Shown piece after piece: positions 58,081 to 64,000 of a DNA stretch of 64,000 nucleotides. The first letter of the stretch is position 1. Each line of letters begins with the position of its first letter. Origin of the DNA: Eledone cirrhosa. Lineage: Eukaryota. Where the stretch lies: the NCBI GenBank assembly GCA_964016885.1, contig OZ024740.1, positions 349,866,001 through 349,930,000 on the forward strand, in the 5' to 3' direction. Below the pieces are notes generated by a model. The model was not told the DNA's origin. It worked only from the letters and a program-made list of their open reading frames with translations, and searched no databases. The position numbers and the translations under genes were made by a program.

Positions 58081-58307
58081 TATCTATCTATCTATCTATC
58101 TATCTTGATAGAGTAAGACACGCTTCACATCGGCTCCGCTATTCCATCGGGATTTACCCTTACTATTGTAAGTACCGGATAAATTTTTCAGTGCAACACA
58201 TTTGGAACACTAACCCCTGTTTTTTAGGGAAACATTTTTGCATTTACCCCCTTTTTAGGGGGTAAAATAAATATCTATTTTTGCCGAAAAATTTCTTTCT
58301 TGGCAGC

Positions 58308-60135
58308 ATGGCGGAAAAGATGGCAGACATGTCTGCCATTAGCTCTGCCACGCCCCCCAAGTCTGAAGAACAAAAAATAATTACAACAAAATTAGACAAT
58401 GAAACAAACAAAGAAAATGAAAAAACAAATGTTAAGGAAAATGAGCAAACAGAAAACAAACAAACAGAAAATAATACAAATAACAACAGGGCAACTTTCG
58501 CCCAGAAAACAAAACAATCCATTACATACACACCAATTGACCTAACTGCCGCCAGAGAAAAACTGGCCGAAGCAAAGAAACACATTGTTTTGGGGGAGAA
58601 CGGAATGTTTTCCATTAACTCCCCCCCAGAATTCAAGAAAGCCAGAGCAGAAAACACAGTTCTCTACAGAACTATACTGAACCAGACAAGAAAGCCAGCA
58701 CAGCCCAGCCAAATGGAAATAGAGTTAGTCCTAAAAGACTATATGAAGAATATTCTCTTCATACGAAAGGACCGACTCTATGGCAGCATTTCGGTCCTAA
58801 CAAGAGACAAGGAAACGGCGGAGAAGCTTTCCTTAAGCCCACTCTCATCGACAACGTATAGCTTCTATCCCTCCTACATGGGTAGAAGAACACAGAGAGT
58901 AAAAGTAAAAACAATGCTGCCCACAATGGACTTCTGGTGGGCTATTGCTGGCTTCATTGATATGGGCGAAGACACAATGCTGTCAATGGGGAAGGCAACT
59001 GGAGATGCGTTCCTGGGAATGGGCCTCGACATACTAGTCCAAATGAGGCCCGAAAGAATAGCACAAATCCCGGATCGCATCTGGCTGGATGACCTTACCC
59101 CAATAGACATAATTGTAGAGGGGAGAAGACCAGCATGCTATTTATGCATGGAAAGGGGACACGTTAAGGCTAACTGCCCGAAACGTATCCCCCAAAAAGG
59201 ACTATTGCCCACACCCACCACAAACAGTACACCAACACCACCCACCTCCAAAAATACACTAATACCACACACAGCAAACAAAATACAGACACCACCAACC
59301 ACAAACACAACACAAACATCACCACCACCAGCACCAAACACAAGCACGACACAAAAATCACCACCACCAACCACAACACAAACACCACCATCACCAACCA
59401 CAAGCACGACACAAACATTACCACCACCACCACAAAACCCATTCCAAACAAATAATAAAAAAAACAGTAACAAATCTACCCCTCCCGCAAAAAAAAAAAC
59501 AACCACACAACACGTCCCTCCCACCTAGCGCTGAAGAGTTTCCCCCAACTTCTGAAGAAGAAGGAGGAGAAGCCTTCAGACAAGTTAAAAGAAAAAAAAG
59601 AAAACACACACCCAGCACACCACAAATAACCCACACACAAACACCAACTCCAATCAAAAACACCCCACCCTCAACAAACAAAAATAAATCTGCGCCTCCC
59701 CTCTCCGAAACATTGACAGCATCACAAAAAAAGACGTTGCAATACACATATATAAATAAAGAAAACAAAAAACTGGTTAAATTAATAAACAATAACCCTA
59801 TGGTGCAGACCGAAGGGCCAAACTTTATCTCAACAGAGAACTTCACCCATTTAAAAATGATAAAGGTCCCTCTGGACCTTTATCGTTCCTTAAAAGAACA
59901 ATTTAGACGGGACGTGAGCCCCCCCTGTTTAAAACCGTTGAATCGCGTCCTCTTGAAAGATTTCCCCATAACCGCCCCTCTCCCTGACACAACTCCAAAT
60001 ACCCCAACCCCACCACACACGTGTACCCCCACACCACCACAAAACATCCCTCCACCCAACACACCTGATGCCATGGAAATTACGCAACCCGGAGAGGTAA
60101 GTGCTTTTCTTTCTTCACTTTCAACACCAAAATAG
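58308..60135 (+). CDS. Tx1 ORF1 (gag-like, CCHC zinc knuckle, P/T-rich linker) with a +1 frameshift in A11 at 59489-59499
   Basis: CYLCMERGHVKANC knuckle; removing one A joins it to ..EAFRQVKRKKRK.. and ORF 59713-60135. Confidence 0.82.
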
Positions 60136-63100
60136 ATCAATTGAGAGTTGGCTGTTTGAACGCGCGTGGCCTGGGCTCAGCTTGGAAGCAAGCAAAGCTT
60201 CTAAGTGACCTCAGGTCACAAAGTATAGATGTGATGGTTGTTTGCGAGAGTCGGATCAGCAGCGTGAGATAGCTGGCGCCCGCCTTCGATGACTTTGAGA
60301 TGCACGCATCTCTCTGTCAACCCGGAGGCAGGGGGGGGGGGGGGTTTGCCGTACTGCTGGATAAACGTCTGACTCTCGACGTACAGATTGTTCACTCGGA
60401 CCCGGGGGGTCGATTACTGGTGCTGGACGTCGGAGGCGGTGAAGGCGGGGCTTTCAGACTGGTCGGTCTTTATGCTCCCTTCGGGGCGGAAAGAGTCGAC
60501 TTCTTCCAGCGTCTGGAGACTTTTCTAGGAACGTCGCGTTCCCTGCTTTTAGTGGGGGACTGGAATGGAATCCTAGATGCGCGTTGGGACTATGCAGGGG
60601 CATGTCCCGATAGAGGGGGGTGTAGCAGCCTCAAGGGGTTACTCGATCGATTCGACCTGGTCGATAGATTTCGACTAGATTGTCCAACTGCGCCAACCTG
60701 GACCTGGGCAAACCGCAGTGGACAATCTAGATCGTACCTAGATAGGTTTTTGGTTAGGAGTAAGGATAGGGACGTATTTAGTTGTCCAGAACTGATCATG
60801 GTTGGCTATTCAGATCACAAATTAGTGACCTGCGTGGTCAACCTTGATAGAACGCATAGACAGGGTCCCGGTTACTGGAAGATGAACTTGTCCTTACCGA
60901 CAAAGAAAGATTACAGAAACCGGATTAGTAGCTTAGTTAAGATGCGGTTGACGGGAGCGATCGTCAACAGTAGGTGGTGGATATCTCTAAAGAGAGAGAT
61001 TAGAGTAAGTTCGATAGGTTACAGTAAGGAACTAGCGGCGAATAGAAATAGGAGGGAAAGGGAGTTAACAGATAAACTAGAAGAGGCGATTAGGAGCGGA
61101 GACGTAGCCAGAGTGTTAGCGACGAGAACGGCATTGAGCCAGTTCTTTGACGCGAAGCACGAAGGCTGCGTTGTCCGAAGTAAAATACGTGCTTTAGGAA
61201 ACGATGGGACCAAAGCTGTTAGCTGGGCCCGCGTGACAGAAGCCAAGAGTGGGATTAAATCCACCATTCGGTCTTTGCGAGACCAGGATGGACGGGTGAT
61301 CCTTGAACCTGAGCGAATGTGCGAGACCTTTCAAAGGCACTTTGCTCGACTGTTCGGAGGTGGCGGGGGGCCGGACGGGGATGTGGACTTCGGTCCATAC
61401 CTCGACGGTCTACCGCGTCTTTCGAGCGGCGAAGCGGAGTGCTGCGAAAGGCCAATCACAGCCACTGAAATCGGGGAAGCGCTCAGCCAATGCAGCAGAC
61501 GCAAATCCCCGGGTCTCGATGGTCTACCATACGAACTTTATTTAGCTATGCCGGTCTTGTTCTCCGAACTCCTCGAGGCTGTCTATTGCAACTGGCAACA
61601 GAACGGGAGAATTCCCTGTTCTGTGACCAAGGGCGTGGTCACGCTAGTGAGGAAGGACGAGAGCAAGGGGGACGACTTAAGTAACTTTAGGCCCATAACT
61701 CTGCTGAATGCAGAGTTACAGATTTTGGCCAAGGTGTTGGCGAAGAGGTTGGCGCTTGTGGTGGGTGGTTTGGTGGGAGACGCGCAGACATGCGCTATCC
61801 CGTCCAGGTCCATTCACGACAACCTCCACCTCATGCGATACATCATAGAGAGGGTTGGCTACGAACCCGGCTTTGGTGGGGCCCTGATCAACTTGGATCA
61901 ATCTAAGGCGTTCGATAGGGTCGACCATGGTTACCTGGATGCGGTGCTAGCGGCGGCGGGCTTCGGACCCGTTTTCAGGGGCTGGATTTCTGCCATGCAC
62001 AGTGGCAACATCTACTCTAGGATTAAAGTAAACGGCTACCTCTCGGAGCCGTTTCAAATCACCCGATCCATCAGACAGGGGTGCCCCCTCTCCTCCCTTC
62101 TGTACGTATTGACTCTCGAGCCACTGCTGCGGAAGTTGGAGTTGCTGCGGGGCATACCCCTGGAACCGGGATTGCACAAAGCGGTCTCGGCCTATGCCGA
62201 CGACGTAACAGTAATGGTGGCGGACGCCTCGGAAATCGGGGCGATCGCCACCCTACTGGAGGAATACGAAAGGCTGACGGGGGCTAAGCTGAACCAGGAC
62301 AAGTCAGTCGGTTTGCAACTCGGAACGTGGAGGGGCAAACCGATGCCGTTAGACGGTGTCGTCGGGCGGTGGACGGAGGGCCCGGTGAAGCTGCTCGGGG
62401 TCTGGTTCGGACCGGACCTCCAGGTGGAGAAGAATTGGGGCGAGGTGACGAGCAGGGTGTTTGCGCTGACCCAGAAGTGGGCCAAGTGCAAACTATCACT
62501 GAAAGGTCGGGCGGAGGTGACGAACGCTTACATAGCGTCCGTCATCTACTACCGCCTGACCGTCGTGCCTTGCCCCAAGGAAAAGCTCACCATCATGGAA
62601 CGCATGCTCTTCCAGTTCCTCTGGAAGAAGCGGCCTCCCATGGTGAGGAGATCCATCTGCTGCCAGCACCCTTCGAAAGGAGGGCTGGGTATGCCGTGGC
62701 TGTTGATGCGTAGGCACGCATTGAGGCTACGGCATCTACAGGTATTCCTCAACGGTCAGCCGGTGTGGGCCCCGTTTGTGAGGCGAGCCTTCCCACAGCT
62801 CGTCTCGCTCACCGAACTGCAATCCTGGGTGAAGCAAAGACCGAGAAAACTGGGCAACTGGCACACCGAGTGTGCCCAGGCGCTCACGGCTATCTGGCAA
62901 GCGGACCCGACTGTCAGTGGAGAATCCACCTCGACATTCTATAGAGGGTTGGTGGCTAGCAGGGGCGACGACACCCTTGGAGAGTCGCTAGGCATGGAGG
63001 AGGACGAACTGGCCAGCCTGTTCGGTAGAACTTTCGGCCCGGGACCCATGGATAACTTCCAGAGGTCCCTAGCCTGGCAGTGTTACCGGGGGGCTCTGCC

Positions 63101-63575
63101 CGTTCGAGAAAAGCTCTACAGACACGGGCGCCCGGGCAGGGATCCCGCGAAAAAGATCTGTCCCAGATGCGTGCGCGACGAGGAAACCGTTGCGCATGCA
63201 CTGGTACACTGCCCGGGCGTTGCCGATCTGTGGGGCTACGTCGAACGACTGCTGTCGCGTGTGGCGCCGATTCGATTAACCGCCGAGTCTGTGGTGAACA
63301 TCAAGCCGCCTCCTCCCTTCAGAAATGAAGCAGAGGCGGTCTTTCTGTGCGTAATAGCCATGATGAAAGAGGTTGTGTGGTGGACGCGCCTGAAAGGTCT
63401 GAGGTCGGGTGACTTTCTCTCCGGCCATCACCTGGTTTACTTCTTCCGATACCACTTCGGAAGAAGAATCAGGATGGAGAGAGAAGTGCTTGGTCCCAGA
63501 CAGTTTTATGAAAGGTGGGTGAAAGAAGCGAGAATGGCCCGTGTAAATGGGCCTTCTCTCTACATTGTTCTGTAG
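60132..63575 (+). CDS. Tx1 ORF2 (APE endonuclease, reverse transcriptase, zinc finger); in-frame TAG at 60270, open from 60273
   Basis: LNARGL, GDWN, SYLDRFLV, SDH (APE); SPGLDGLP, FRPITLLN, LDQSKAFDRVDH, RQGCPLS, AYADD (RT); CPRC..ETVAHALVHC. Confidence 0.95.
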
Positions 63576-63822
63576 GTGAAGAAGTGAAGAGGAAAGGGGG
63601 AGCGCCTCCTCTCTGGGCTTCCCCCGCGAAAAGAGTTGCACACTTTTCGGGGTATGTGCAATCCCCAACACGCCCCCTCCCTTTTGAGGACTTTTTATTG
63701 TTATATTATTATTGTTATTCCTTTTTTCTTTACTCGATTTATGTAAACTCCCCCACTGTGTAAATGTCCCCTTCTTTTGTGCCCTCGTGGCAAATAAATA
63801 GAAATTTATCTATCTATCTATC

Positions 63823-63901
<79 letters not shown>

Positions 63902-63907
63902 ATATCT

Positions 63908-64000
63908 GAAAGGTGGGTGAATGAAGCGAAAATGGCCCGAGTGATTGGGCCTTCTCTGTTTATAAGCCTGTAGGTTGAGGAAGAGAGCAAAAGGAAGAAA
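63908..64000 (+). mobile_element. Third, heavily 5'-truncated Tx1 copy running off the window
   Basis: ERWVNEAKMARVIGPSLFISL* matches the ORF2 C-terminus; starts right after (TATC)n. Confidence 0.88.

Larger units (their letters stand above)
58105..63805 (+). mobile_element. Apparently full-length Tx1/L1-clade LINE flanked by (TATC)n
   Basis: 5' UTR, ORF1, ORF2 and 3' UTR with AATAAA; TATC repeats at 58080-58104 and 63808-63901. Confidence 0.95.

Noticed and set aside
60097-60135. GTAAGT..pyrimidine tract..TAG mini-intron that might fuse ORF1 to ORF2
   Set aside because: Only 39 nt, and splicing keeps the ORF1 frame, stopping two codons later; no acceptor before the first APE motif gives the ORF2 frame.

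Overview
Eukaryotic, AT-rich, microsatellite-saturated genomic DNA. The dominant tRNA-derived SINE with a MetaSINE/MESC-like core and the simple-repeat load suggest a coleoid cephalopod such as Octopus (inference). Almost all of it is mobile-element derived: RTE-derived bipartite SINEs, R4/Dong, CR1-like, CRE-like, RTE and Penelope fragments, an IR/DR Tc1, an internally deleted mariner, non-autonomous Helitrons, a solo LTR and a tandem of three Tx1/L1-clade LINEs separated by (TATC)n. About 23.7-46.7 kb is an ~11.2 kb tandem duplication with breakpoints in (CA)n. The only likely host coding sequence is an unidentified first exon at 53616-53891 behind a YY1/E-box promoter. The most notable signal is a set of hammerhead-ribozyme (HHR) motifs in non-coding elements sitting in (TA)n arrays. 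The best is a ~600-nt, terminally redundant insertion (45739-46347), present in only one duplicate, with a complete type I HHR carrying the compensatory U3-A8 core. It is a candidate retrozyme/circular-RNA-derived mobile element. All calls were made by eye; no database searches or folding computations were run.
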